Virus record (IMG/VR): IMGVR_UViG_3300028591_000168 | Span: 15,563-79,562 of that record | Direction: 5' to 3' (one strand) | Length of the DNA stretch: 64,000 bases | DNA from: a virus | Taxonomy: Duplodnaviria > Caudoviricetes | Shown: positions 43,974 to 53,494 of the stretch, one piece after another | Numbering within the stretch: position 1 is the stretch's first letter | How the letters are laid out: each line of letters opens with the position of its first letter | Made by a program: the position numbers and the translations under genes | Notes under the pieces: generated by a model | Seen by the model: only the letters and a program-made list of their open reading frames with translations | What the model was told of the DNA's origin: nothing | Database searches by the model: none

Positions 43974-46900
43974 TTGAGTATCTTTGAAAACGAATACGAT
44001 CTTCCGGGCGTATATATGTACGTGTTGCCTGACTACTCGTATGGTTATGATACTTCCCTCTTTGGGTCTACGGATCCTGTTTTGATTATTGGTACTGCGT
44101 TTAACGGCCCTAATAATGGGCAACCTATCGAAATTTACTCTAAAGAACATGCAAGCTATGTTTACGGTAAGGTTTACGATAACGTTAAACAGGTAGAAAG
44201 TAATCTGGTAGCAGGTATCCATGACGCTTGGGATCGCGGATGTCGTACTATTTACGCTTGCCGTGTAGGCGGTATTGACATGTACAAAGATTTTAAGTTT
44301 AACATTGATGTACCTTATCGCTTACGAGTTATGTCCATGTTCCCCAGTAACGTAGAAAAAGAATGTTTTATGCGTTACGAAAACAAAGAGGGGCAAGAAA
44401 AAGTTATTATCTACAAACCTGCAGAACGTGCTACTGTTCTGCAACGTCGCCAAGGTATTGTCGAAGGTGACAATACAATGATTAAAACTACGATCGAAAT
44501 TAACGGTGACTATGGTCTTACAAAAGATACCCCCTTAATGGACTTCATTAATCTTATTAACGGACATGTTGACAATAACGTTATCAAACTTGGTATTGTT
44601 GATCTTAACGGCAAAGACGTAACGAACGATCTTAAAGTTCGTAGTATTGCTGTCGGCGCTCTTTTCCAAGGTATTTACTTCATTGGCAGAGAGCAGTCCC
44701 TTTGTCAAGAAGAAACCGAACTTAAGTTTAATATTATAGATTCTTACAAGGATTACGACAAAAACGGCAAACTTACTACCGTCGAAGGTAAGAAACCGTT
44801 TACGAGATATCAGGGGAATTACTATCGTACTCTCGAGATCAATACTGACGTTAGGACCCCGTATCCTATTTACGCTACACCCGGCACCATGCAAAAGATC
44901 ATGAAGGACGTTGGCATTACTGTTAACGTTAAAATAGGTCGTGAATGGGATTGGCTTGAAGTATATCGTTCTACCTTTAAGGCTTTTGAACCTGACAATA
45001 AAGATTACGAAGAAGTAGAACTTGGCGGCTTTGAACTCTACCAGCGTCTTGGTATGGGTTTTGCAAAAACCGCACAAGCACTCATTCGTAAAAACAGCAA
45101 GGGCGAAATCGTTATTCCGCCTCGTATTAGAGAAACACCGCCTGACAACGCCAATAACATTGTTCAGCTTGTCGATGGTTATTACTCTATTTTACAGGAT
45201 GTTCCTATCAAGTATCGTGTTTTGACCTGCACAACTGCAGAAGCGTCAACCAAGGGTAAGTTGCCCAAAGCTCAACAGTTTATCAGAACCGCACCTATTT
45301 CGCTTGAAGCCCTGCAAAGTATGATTACGATCACACCTAAGGTTAACGAAGAAGATCGTACAATCGCTCGCAGCTACAAGCTTAGGTTCAGAAATCTGCC
45401 CGAAACAAGTACTGCTAACATTAACGAAGTATATCGCTCTGAAGTTTACGACGTTATGTCTATCGTTGACGAAAGTACTCTTAAGGCTATGAAACCCGGT
45501 GACGTTCCTGCTGATACCTACTTCTTAAAGAGAGTTAAGAAGGAAGGTAAAGGTGAAAATGATATCGATGTCAGCGATTACACATACACCTTAGTAAGGG
45601 TCGGTACGACAATCGAAGAAATTGTGTCAGGTGGCATTCTTGCTCATAAAAAAATTATTGGTGTTACTCCTGCTCTTGATCTTACAAGAAATGCCGATAA
45701 CATTACTTTTAAAGATCAGGGTAACCAGTATTACTTCTTTGCTGCGCAAGGTATTCCTGAAACAGAGACCACTATATTCTCTGATCCCAAGTACAGTCTT
45801 GGTGACAAGGAAATTGGCGAGACTACTATTATCAAGTATACGTTTGTACCTCAGGTAGGTGCAGATCTGCTTGGTGATCCTGACGCTGAAGTTCCGCAAT
45901 ATCCGTTTAGAGTAGTTTACTACAACGACGACGGCGAAAAAGTTGAAAAGAATGCCAAGTTTATCTTGGGTTCTCAGCTTGATAACGTCTTTGTTTATCA
46001 GATAGGCGCAGAACAGACAGAGTATAACGAAGGTACAGCCAATCCGACAATTGATATGCCGTCTGCTACAAATCAACTGCAGCCTGTAGGTGACTACAAC
46101 GGTATGATGTCTGACGATCAAAACGTTCCTGTCGTTTACGCAGAAGATATGTTCTATCAGATTAATGACATTATTGTCAACAGTTCTACCTTTGTTGATA
46201 TCACTCTTGATGAATTCGTTGAAACCCTTAATGAACACGAAATCTTCAGCAAAATCTTTGAGATTTCGCTGACTAATCGTGGTGAAAGCTACAAGGACGA
46301 GCGCCTTATCGCGTCAATCTACTTCTGGCAACGCAGTGGTGAAGAAGGTACTTACCTTTACGATGAACAAGCTTTTGTTGACGCCCTTGAGGGGTTGCAA
46401 GATCCGGTTAACGCCTTTACTCTTGACAACAATCCTGTTGAGTGGACACAAGATCGTTCTATTGACTATGATTATAATGCTTACATTCCTTACACTACTA
46501 CTGATAACTTTGCCAGACAGCTTGCACAGCATTGTACTTACACCGAACTTAAGACAGGTTCTACCTGGGGCTTTATCGGTACAGGTCGTGTAGGTGCCGT
46601 TGACGTACAAAGCGTAGGACGTTCCGTTAACGAGATTCTTGCAAAAGACTTTTCTCTTTACGCTAAGAATGCAAGAGGCCGTAATATGATGGATAAAGAA
46701 AATATGCCTTATCCTATCGGACGCAATCTTTCTATTATCTTTACTCAGTACGAAGAACCTATTGACACCGAAGATTATACCTTTATCTCTAACGGTGCAG
46801 CAGGTTACGCAGGTATGGTTTCTACTTTGCCTTTGGATCAAAGTTCTACAAACCAACCATTTAACGTTGAGAAGCTTTCATTCTATCTTGCACGGCACCA

Positions 46901-47303
46901 GCTTGCTGCCCTTAACGCCAAAGGCGTTGTTGCTCTCAAACGCAGCTTTACTCTTGGTACCGTCGTTACAGACGGCACTACCATGGCACCCGTTGAAAGT
47001 GTCTTCCGCCGTCTCAGCGCAAGCCGCATAGTCGGTGCTATCGAAGAACTTATTCGTGCCGTAGCAGAACCTTACATAGGCAAACAAAACCATGACGCTA
47101 ACCGTAATAGTTTACACACAGCTATTAAAGGACAGCTTGATAAGCTCGTAGGTACTCTGCTTGAAGATTATCAATTCCAACTTATCGTTGATAGTAGAGC
47201 TGAAAGATATAATTACATAGATATAGAGTACGAACTCGTTCCTATTTACGAAATTCGTCAGATTCGTAACAGAATCTCTGTTAAAGAACGTCTTACTACG
47301 TAA
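43974..47303 (+). CDS. tail sheath protein (1109 aa)
   Basis: LPGVY N-terminus, LIIGTAFNGP, and sheath C-terminal pattern RRLSASRIV...IRAVAEPYIGK.N...R..L..AI...LDKL. Followed by the tube gene. Confidence 0.85.
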   Translation: MSIFENEYDLPGVYMYVLPDYSYGYDTSLFGSTDPVLIIGTAFNGPNNGQPIEIYSKEHASYVYGKVYDNVKQVESNLVAGIHDAWDRGCRTIYACRVGGIDMYKDFKFNIDVPYRLRVMSMFPSNVEKECFMRYENKEGQEKVIIYKPAERATVLQRRQGIVEGDNTMIKTTIEINGDYGLTKDTPLMDFINLINGHVDNNVIKLGIVDLNGKDVTNDLKVRSIAVGALFQGIYFIGREQSLCQEETELKFNIIDSYKDYDKNGKLTTVEGKKPFTRYQGNYYRTLEINTDVRTPYPIYATPGTMQKIMKDVGITVNVKIGREWDWLEVYRSTFKAFEPDNKDYEEVELGGFELYQRLGMGFAKTAQALIRKNSKGEIVIPPRIRETPPDNANNIVQLVDGYYSILQDVPIKYRVLTCTTAEASTKGKLPKAQQFIRTAPISLEALQSMITITPKVNEEDRTIARSYKLRFRNLPETSTANINEVYRSEVYDVMSIVDESTLKAMKPGDVPADTYFLKRVKKEGKGENDIDVSDYTYTLVRVGTTIEEIVSGGILAHKKIIGVTPALDLTRNADNITFKDQGNQYYFFAAQGIPETETTIFSDPKYSLGDKEIGETTIIKYTFVPQVGADLLGDPDAEVPQYPFRVVYYNDDGEKVEKNAKFILGSQLDNVFVYQIGAEQTEYNEGTANPTIDMPSATNQLQPVGDYNGMMSDDQNVPVVYAEDMFYQINDIIVNSSTFVDITLDEFVETLNEHEIFSKIFEISLTNRGESYKDERLIASIYFWQRSGEEGTYLYDEQAFVDALEGLQDPVNAFTLDNNPVEWTQDRSIDYDYNAYIPYTTTDNFARQLAQHCTYTELKTGSTWGFIGTGRVGAVDVQSVGRSVNEILAKDFSLYAKNARGRNMMDKENMPYPIGRNLSIIFTQYEEPIDTEDYTFISNGAAGYAGMVSTLPLDQSSTNQPFNVEKLSFYLARHQLAALNAKGVVALKRSFTLGTVVTDGTTMAPVESVFRRLSASRIVGAIEELIRAVAEPYIGKQNHDANRNSLHTAIKGQLDKLVGTLLEDYQFQLIVDSRAERYNYIDIEYELVPIYEIRQIRNRISVKERLTT

Positions 47304-47386
47304 CGTTACAATAGTGAAGAAGGAGGATAACTTAGCATGACATATTTTGCTTGGTTATCCTCCATATCCTTAAAGGAGTGAGAATA

Positions 47387-47446
47387 TTGGCAGGAACAGT
47401 TGCAAGTGAGTACACTAAGACTTACACGTCCTTTTCAGGCTGTGAT
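47387..47446 (+). CDS. tail tube protein, exon 1 of 5 (spliced product 226 aa)
   Basis: AAAGGAG RBS then TTG; MAGTVASEYTKTYTSFSGCD. Confidence 0.8.
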
Positions 47447-47770
47447 CGAAACCTGGTATAACTACAACGGAATATACCAAAACTGTGTCACATGATATCT
47501 GAACGATCTTTGGTAAGATATCTGGTAAGTGCGGAATTAAGCGGGAAACTCTCTATGTTTTACCAAATGGACACAAGAGACAACCCGAACCGAAGGCTCA
47601 AAGGACTGAGTCAGGGGCAACGCGTAGATCTTGCAATAACAGATCCAAGAGTCCGCACCGTGAAAAGATCTGTCAGGCTAAAAGATTGCCTGATATCACG
47701 AAGAGGTACGCTGAACTTACAGGTGACTGTAAGAAGACAAGGATAAAAAGCCTTGTCGATAACAACGTCG
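47447..47770 (+). mobile_element. group I intron tube-I1 (324 nt, no ORF)
   Basis: Exon ends GAU and intron ends G. R GGGGCAACGCGUAG, S AAGAGGUACGCUGA. Restores SGCD|IVCTFG. Confidence 0.85.
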
Positions 47771-47827
47771 ATAGTTTGTACATTTGGCAACGTGGTAATT
47801 GGCGAATTACAAGCCATAACGTACCAT
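47771..47827 (+). CDS. tail tube protein, exon 2 (57 nt)
   Basis: IVCTFGNVVIGELQAITYH. Confidence 0.8.
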
Positions 47828-48118
47828 AGAATTATATGTGGCATAATAGAGTGATCTATTATGATAAAACAGGGTGAACCTAGAAATCTAGGGTGTCCTT
47901 CTGATATCTTAATGATAGCGATATAGTAACTGATATCTTGCAGAAGGGCTAACAGGGGAAGCACTATGGTGTTATCCTGTGCCAAGCTTTCGTTAGAAAG
48001 AAGGTCAATCGACTATCCGTAAGGAGTAGGTGCAAGGTGAAATTCCTTGTTCCGAAGCGCCCTGCCCTTCTTATGAAGGTGATGATATAGTCAGAAATTC
48101 ATAATAAAATGAATTTTG
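47828..48118 (+). mobile_element. group I intron tube-I2 (291 nt, no ORF)
   Basis: Exon ends CAU, which pairs with GUGG. R UCAAUCGACUAUCC, S AUGAUAUAGUCAG; ends G. Restores ITYH|VQREKAP. Confidence 0.82.
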
Positions 48119-48141
48119 GTACAAAGAGAAAAAGCGCCGGT
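48119..48141 (+). CDS. tail tube protein, exon 3 (23 nt micro-exon)
   Basis: VQREKAP plus GT; the EKAP motif is shared with the paralog in 50132..53482. Confidence 0.75.
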
Positions 48142-49216
48142 TAACCCATAAAGTATGCCGGCCTAAAATCCTGCTTAAAACGGTGAAGGTTAACACTAAC
48201 GCCGTGGGTAAGATACAGATTGATCTTTATGAGATTTCGTGTTATAATCTGTATCAAAGCCTGTAGAGACTTGGCTACACGAAGCCTTAATGGTTTTCCA
48301 GATCCCCGTAGGGTTGATCATAAAGGAGAGTTTGAAAAGTGAATAATGATAATATGACACCAGAGTTCGCATGGTTCTTGGGATATCTTTTTTCTGATGG
48401 TTCTGTTAAAGATTCAAGTGGTGATGGTATCTTTAATTTTCTTTGTAAATACGATGATCGTGAGTTAATGTATAAAGTGAAAGAAATTTTACAATCTAAA
48501 AATACTGTTCACGAACATCCTGAATATAATAGACCACGTGCACAATTAAGAGTGTCAGATAAAAAAGAACTTTGGCAACAGTATCAAAATATAAAAACAG
48601 TAATTCCTGTTCAAGATATTAAAGGATATGAACGTCACTTTATTCGTGGTGCTTGGGATGGAGACGGTACATTATCAATACGTAAAAGATATGAGACTTT
48701 TCGCATGAGTTTTACTGATGATATCCCAGGAACAGCTCAATGGATTGCTGACCATTTAACTAACACTTTAGATCTTAATCACAAAGAAGCAAGATGGTCA
48801 CCACAAAATAACACTTACGAAATTCAATGGGAAGGAATTACAGCACGTTTAATTGCTTGGTACTTATATCATGGTAATATAAATCATTGTTCTTTAAGCA
48901 GAAAATTACAAAGATACAAGGATTTTATATTACATAACCAGGTATTTACTGAGCCTTGGCAAGAAATGTTATATTCTGTTAAGGGATATATTGACTTTTC
49001 CGGAGAAATAGCTTTTTCATTACCTGGATTGCAGACTCTAGAATGGTGTCAACGTTTACAAAAATTGTTACCATTTAATACTGTACCTGTGTTTCATAAT
49101 AAAGGTAAACGTAAATATTATCATTTATACATTCCACAACATACCATTAACACGCAGGACCTTAACTAAAAAGTTAAGTGAAGGCATAGTCCTTTAGTTA
49201 TGAAATATAACTAAAA
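48142..49216 (+). mobile_element. group I intron tube-I3 (about 1075 nt) with LAGLIDADG ORF; terminal nucleotide appears to be A
   Basis: P1 GCCGGU/GCCGGC. R CUGUAGAGACUUGG, S AAGGCAUAGUCC. Restores KAPV|YTMGS. Boundary uncertain by 1 nt, but both options end in A. Confidence 0.8.
48339..49169 (+). CDS. LAGLIDADG homing endonuclease (intron-encoded)
   Basis: Two motifs, FAWFLGYLFSDGSV and HFIRGAWDGDG. AAAGGAG RBS; AT-rich. Confidence 0.85.
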   Translation: MNNDNMTPEFAWFLGYLFSDGSVKDSSGDGIFNFLCKYDDRELMYKVKEILQSKNTVHEHPEYNRPRAQLRVSDKKELWQQYQNIKTVIPVQDIKGYERHFIRGAWDGDGTLSIRKRYETFRMSFTDDIPGTAQWIADHLTNTLDLNHKEARWSPQNNTYEIQWEGITARLIAWYLYHGNINHCSLSRKLQRYKDFILHNQVFTEPWQEMLYSVKGYIDFSGEIAFSLPGLQTLEWCQRLQKLLPFNTVPVFHNKGKRKYYHLYIPQHTINTQDLN

Positions 49217-49268
49217 ATATACCATGGGTTCAGCAGAACCCAGAAGCTTCTCAAGAGGCAAACGCGGT
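49217..49268 (+). CDS. tail tube protein, exon 4 (52 nt)
   Basis: (V)YTMGSAEPRSFSRGKRG. Confidence 0.8.
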
Positions 49269-49522
49269 GACTTTTAACGCCGCCTCATTCAGTAATGAAT
49301 GATGCTAACAACCTGTGAATTGCTGGAAAGCCTAAGGTTTTACGGAACTATGGTAATCAGCAGCCAAGCCTTGATATCAAGGAAGGTTCAACGACTATCC
49401 GACAGGAGTAGAACTTTTATAAAGTTCGAAGCGCAGGTCCCCTTTTTATAAGGGTGAAGATATAGTCTAGTCCCGCTACAAAAAAGTAGCGTTAAAGTAC
49501 TACGAAAGTAGGGGTATAAACG
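49269..49522 (+). mobile_element. group I intron tube-I4 (254 nt, no ORF)
   Basis: P1 GCGGU/GCCGC. P UGAAUUGCUGGAAA, Q AAUCAGCAGCC, R UUCAACGACUAUCC, S AAGAUAUAGUCUA; ends G. Restores GKRG|IAGTM. Confidence 0.9.
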
Positions 49523-50011
49523 ATTGCCGGTACAATGGTTTTTACGATCTTTGATCGTGACGCCTTACTTGATGGTTTACAGCAGCACGTTGTGGAACAG
49601 AAGAGTTTCCAACGCATAGGCGGTGACGCAATCTATCAGCTTGACAGAAAGACACCGCTTGCTATTGAAGAATGGGACAGTGCAATGACACAAATTGCTA
49701 CTAACGGTACAGCCGGCGTAGCAAGTGTTGACGCAGAACAAACTACAAGAAATATAGCGTCAATAGCTACACCTGTTTACGCAGACGAAATTCCTCCGTT
49801 TGATATTACAATTTCGTTTGCTAACGAGTATGGACAAAAAGCAGTTGTAGTTATTTACGGTGTTGAAATTCTTAACGAAGGATCAGGTTTCTCTATTGAT
49901 AACGTAACGTCAGAGAAAGCGTGTACCTTCGTAGCCCGTCGAGTCGACTATATGCGTCCCGTTGATCGTACTAATAATGACGCAGTTGTAATTACCGGTA
50001 AATCTTCGTAA
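49523..50011 (+). CDS. tail tube protein, exon 5
   Basis: IAGTMVFTIFDRDALL...DEIPPFDITISFANEYG...IYGVEILNEG. Confidence 0.85.
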   Translation: MAGTMVFTIFDRDALLDGLQQHVVEQKSFQRIGGDAIYQLDRKTPLAIEEWDSAMTQIATNGTAGVASVDAEQTTRNIASIATPVYADEIPPFDITISFANEYGQKAVVVIYGVEILNEGSGFSIDNVTSEKACTFVARRVDYMRPVDRTNNDAVVITGKSS

Positions 50012-50069
50012 GAAGAGTAGTACGACAATAACGAGACGTAAACTAGGGCTTTTACAGATTGTAGAATAA

Positions 50070-50116
50070 GGTAATAGGAAGATTGAGAAATTGTTCAATC
50101 TTCCTATTTTAGTTTT
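50070..50116 (+). terminator. intrinsic terminator after the tube gene
   Basis: ATAGGAAGATTGA/TCAATCTTCCTAT stem followed by TTTAGTTTTT. Confidence 0.7.
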
Positions 50117-50131
50117 TGGAGGTGATATCAC

Positions 50132-53100
50132 GTGTCGTTATATTCTAACGTAGAGATGGTCATTGCTGCACAAGTAAGAGACTATCTTGATCGAAAGTGT
50201 GACGCTTACTTTGGTACTATGATATCACAAGGTGAAGTTATAACAAGAAAACTGGGTCTTTACGAGGAACAAACATTTAGACTATTACTGTTGTACGAAG
50301 CTTACAAGCAGGTAAGAGTAAAAGATCTTGAGCTTCAAGAATGGGGGCGTGTACATTTATCAGATCTTGAAATTAATCATATTATGGTACTTGTCAGTAC
50401 TTGTCTTGATCTTTGGATAAAACGTTATAAGGTTTTTATCAAAGAACACTCTGATATCAAAGTAGAAGACAGTTTGGCACAAAAATCTAAGGTATTCCCT
50501 TGGGTATGGATGGATCTTAATACTTGGACCAGTGCGCAAGATATTATGACAAGCGCAGTAAGTTCTTTGTACGTAAAGTATAAGGGGCATTACCTGTACA
50601 GGTTTATGCTTGATGACGAGCTTTCTGAAAAACAAGCAATGTTTCCAGGAATTAAGTTTACTGCGATTCCTGATATCAAAGATGAGTTACTGAATATTAT
50701 AGGCGACAGCTTACCTGATAACGTTGATCCTGATATGTCTTCTATTTTTATCGAACACCTTCTTGATAACTTTTATGATATCAGTGATACTACTGTAGAT
50801 GACACCGCAATAAACAGCCAACACAAGGATATTGTTAAACAGAAACACCAAGATTTTATCGAGTATCTCGCACTTCAGGTATTCAGTGATAAAGGATATC
50901 TTTACGATAAGGAAAGAGAAAATGTTAATAAGGCTATAGCTGACGGTGAAGAACCTTCTGTTGATGACTTGGCAGCTTTCTTGCTGAGCAGAGCTGCAAC
51001 AGAGCCATATTACGATCTTAACCTAAAAGACAGTAACCAAGACAGCTATGACGAAGATGACGCCAAGGCCGTTACTGAACTTAACAAAAGTCTGGTTAAC
51101 AATACTGCAATACCGGCTTATTATACAGTGCTATCCCAAAGTAATAAGACGCCTTCTACTGATACTACAGGTTTTGCGTTTGGAAAGAAAATACCTAACG
51201 ATAGTGATATCAGTGGTATCTACAAAGACTTACTGATAATGATAAATGACTACCTAAAAGATCGTAACGCACAAGGATTATCTGTTTTAACCACTACTGA
51301 CGCTGCTGCTTGGTGTTCTTCCTTAACGGATCAAGGCAGTAAGGCTGCAGAAGATAAAGGTATTGACTTATCTTTTATCACACCAGTTATTAACGCTGCT
51401 TGTAATGATCTTATAACTCAGGTATTGCCGTGGATAGTGCCTGACAGTTCTGTTGACACAGGGCGTACGTCAAATTTTAAGAGATATTATCCTTCTTACT
51501 CTGCCAGTACAACTGAAGCTCAGAGATCTACTACGTTTACCAGATACTATCCTTACGATCAACAACAAAGCAGCAGTTCAACAGACAGAACAGCTGACTT
51601 TCAAAGATATTACCCTTCTTATCCTAATAGTACAGCAGTAGAAAGGACTACTGACTTCCAAAGATATTACCCTGACAGTTACCAAGAAACAGAGAGAATC
51701 TCTGGCTTTATAAGATATTATCCTGATAACTATAAGGACGCAGCAAGAACTACGGGGTTTATAAGATACTACCCCGACAATTATAAGGCAAGTGAGAGAG
51801 TCAGTAATTTTGAAAGATATTATCCCGACAATTACGAAGAAGCAGAACGTACTACCAAGTTTGAAAGATACTACCCCGGTAATCAGACGGAGACACAAAG
51901 GGTGTCAGATTTTCAAAGATACTACCCTGATAACGTTACTTACTCACAACGAATAACTAACTTTCAAAGATATTATCCTTCTTACCTTGATACTGTTGCA
52001 CAAAATAACGCACGCACTACTAACTTTCAAAGATATTACCCCGATAATCAGACTGAGACACCACGTACGTCTAACTTTAAGAGATATTATCCTGATAACC
52101 AGGGAGAGACGCCAAGAACTACTACGTTTAAAAGATATTATCCTGATAACACAGGAGAGACTGCACGTATAGGTGACTTCAAAAGGTACTATCCCAGCAA
52201 TTACGCTGAGAGTCCAAGAACGTCTAAGTTTGAAAGGTATTATCCTGACAATTACTGGGAGCGATATCGTACTGACGAGTTTGAAAGATATTACCCCGAT
52301 AATCAGACTGAGACTAAAAGGATAACAAGGCCGCAGACTAAGATATCAACTGCTGCACTTCCTGACAGTTACACTCTTAACGGTACTGTAGCAACAGAAC
52401 TGATGCCTACTTACCGTACTTTCTCAGGTCATGATATGGTAGTTATGGTAGAACTTCCTGTAACAAGTGCTACTACGATATCAAAGATAATAGGCGCCTT
52501 TCAGACTATAACTTACTCTATTCATAACGAAAAAGCACCTATCCGTGTTCTTGGTAATATGAATGCCAAACGTTACGTTTTTGGACCAAGGACTATAGCA
52601 GGGTCTCTTATCTTAACAGTTTTTGACCGTCACTGGCTTAAGGAACTTATGGGAACTTACACTAAGATTAAAAACGATAACGAACAGTATTTCTTGTCTG
52701 ACGAACTTCCCGCTATGAACTTTACGATATCGTGTGTTAACGAGTATGGTCATAATGCCAAACTTGCTATTTATGGTGTAACAATTGTTAACGAAGGACA
52801 GGTCATGTCCATTAACGATGTTTACACGGAAAATACCTATCAATTTTTTGCTACTAACGTTGAGTATCTTGACAGGGTACAGTCAACGTCTTTTGGTAAA
52901 GGAAAGACGTCAACTGTGGTTAGCAGAATTCCTTACTCTAAAGACAATATTTCTGCTGTACCTACCGATAACAGCGAGAATGTTGCGATTATAAGTCCGG
53001 ATACAACAACGCATACGACAGCTGGCAATGATCCTGTTCAAGATGTACCGTCTGTAGCGAAGCCTTACAATCCGTCACCTGCTGTTTGGGACAATAAGTA

Positions 53101-53482
53101 TGCTGATATCATAGGCCAGTACAACAATGATCACAATCAACACAAGGCAGAGGTTGCTCTTAGACAAGCAGCCGTTGACGAGGAACAAGAACGGCTTAGA
53201 AAATGGATGCAAGATGTTTATAATCCTGCGTGCGCAGTTCTGATCCAAAAATATCAGATAGCCAATATCAATGATATCAACGATCCTGCTGTCAAGAAAA
53301 GACTTGGTGAAAAGTATGAAGAGTTTAAGTCGGCCTATAACGCGTTTATAACAGCCAAGGATATTATGACACGAAAGATAAAAAGGGATGTCGATGACAA
53401 ACTTGCAACTAACCTTAAAGAGATCGGCATTGTAACTTTTAACTTTGAAAATGGTTCTAGCCTTGTTGGATATCTAAAGTGA
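50132..53482 (+). CDS. 1116-aa tail/baseplate protein with 16 RYYP repeats and a tail-tube-like domain
   Basis: TFSGHD...FQTITYSIHNEKAP...RTIAGSLILTVFDR...DELPAMNFTISCVNEYG aligns with the spliced tube protein. Confidence 0.8.
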   Translation: MSLYSNVEMVIAAQVRDYLDRKCDAYFGTMISQGEVITRKLGLYEEQTFRLLLLYEAYKQVRVKDLELQEWGRVHLSDLEINHIMVLVSTCLDLWIKRYKVFIKEHSDIKVEDSLAQKSKVFPWVWMDLNTWTSAQDIMTSAVSSLYVKYKGHYLYRFMLDDELSEKQAMFPGIKFTAIPDIKDELLNIIGDSLPDNVDPDMSSIFIEHLLDNFYDISDTTVDDTAINSQHKDIVKQKHQDFIEYLALQVFSDKGYLYDKERENVNKAIADGEEPSVDDLAAFLLSRAATEPYYDLNLKDSNQDSYDEDDAKAVTELNKSLVNNTAIPAYYTVLSQSNKTPSTDTTGFAFGKKIPNDSDISGIYKDLLIMINDYLKDRNAQGLSVLTTTDAAAWCSSLTDQGSKAAEDKGIDLSFITPVINAACNDLITQVLPWIVPDSSVDTGRTSNFKRYYPSYSASTTEAQRSTTFTRYYPYDQQQSSSSTDRTADFQRYYPSYPNSTAVERTTDFQRYYPDSYQETERISGFIRYYPDNYKDAARTTGFIRYYPDNYKASERVSNFERYYPDNYEEAERTTKFERYYPGNQTETQRVSDFQRYYPDNVTYSQRITNFQRYYPSYLDTVAQNNARTTNFQRYYPDNQTETPRTSNFKRYYPDNQGETPRTTTFKRYYPDNTGETARIGDFKRYYPSNYAESPRTSKFERYYPDNYWERYRTDEFERYYPDNQTETKRITRPQTKISTAALPDSYTLNGTVATELMPTYRTFSGHDMVVMVELPVTSATTISKIIGAFQTITYSIHNEKAPIRVLGNMNAKRYVFGPRTIAGSLILTVFDRHWLKELMGTYTKIKNDNEQYFLSDELPAMNFTISCVNEYGHNAKLAIYGVTIVNEGQVMSINDVYTENTYQFFATNVEYLDRVQSTSFGKGKTSTVVSRIPYSKDNISAVPTDNSENVAIISPDTTTHTTAGNDPVQDVPSVAKPYNPSPAVWDNKYADIIGQYNNDHNQHKAEVALRQAAVDEEQERLRKWMQDVYNPACAVLIQKYQIANINDINDPAVKKRLGEKYEEFKSAYNAFITAKDIMTRKIKRDVDDKLATNLKEIGIVTFNFENGSSLVGYLK
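51465..52325 (+). repeat. 16 coding tandem repeats, about 17 aa (51 bp): R-x-x-x-F-x-RYYP-D-N
   Basis: 16 RYYP units counted in the translation. Confidence 0.9.
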
Positions 53483-53494
53483 GGAGGTGTTTTT

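Noticed and set aside
51465-52325. Possible CRISPR array
   Set aside because: The repeats are degenerate at third codon positions, keep frame and encode RYYP units inside a long ORF. There are no unique spacers.
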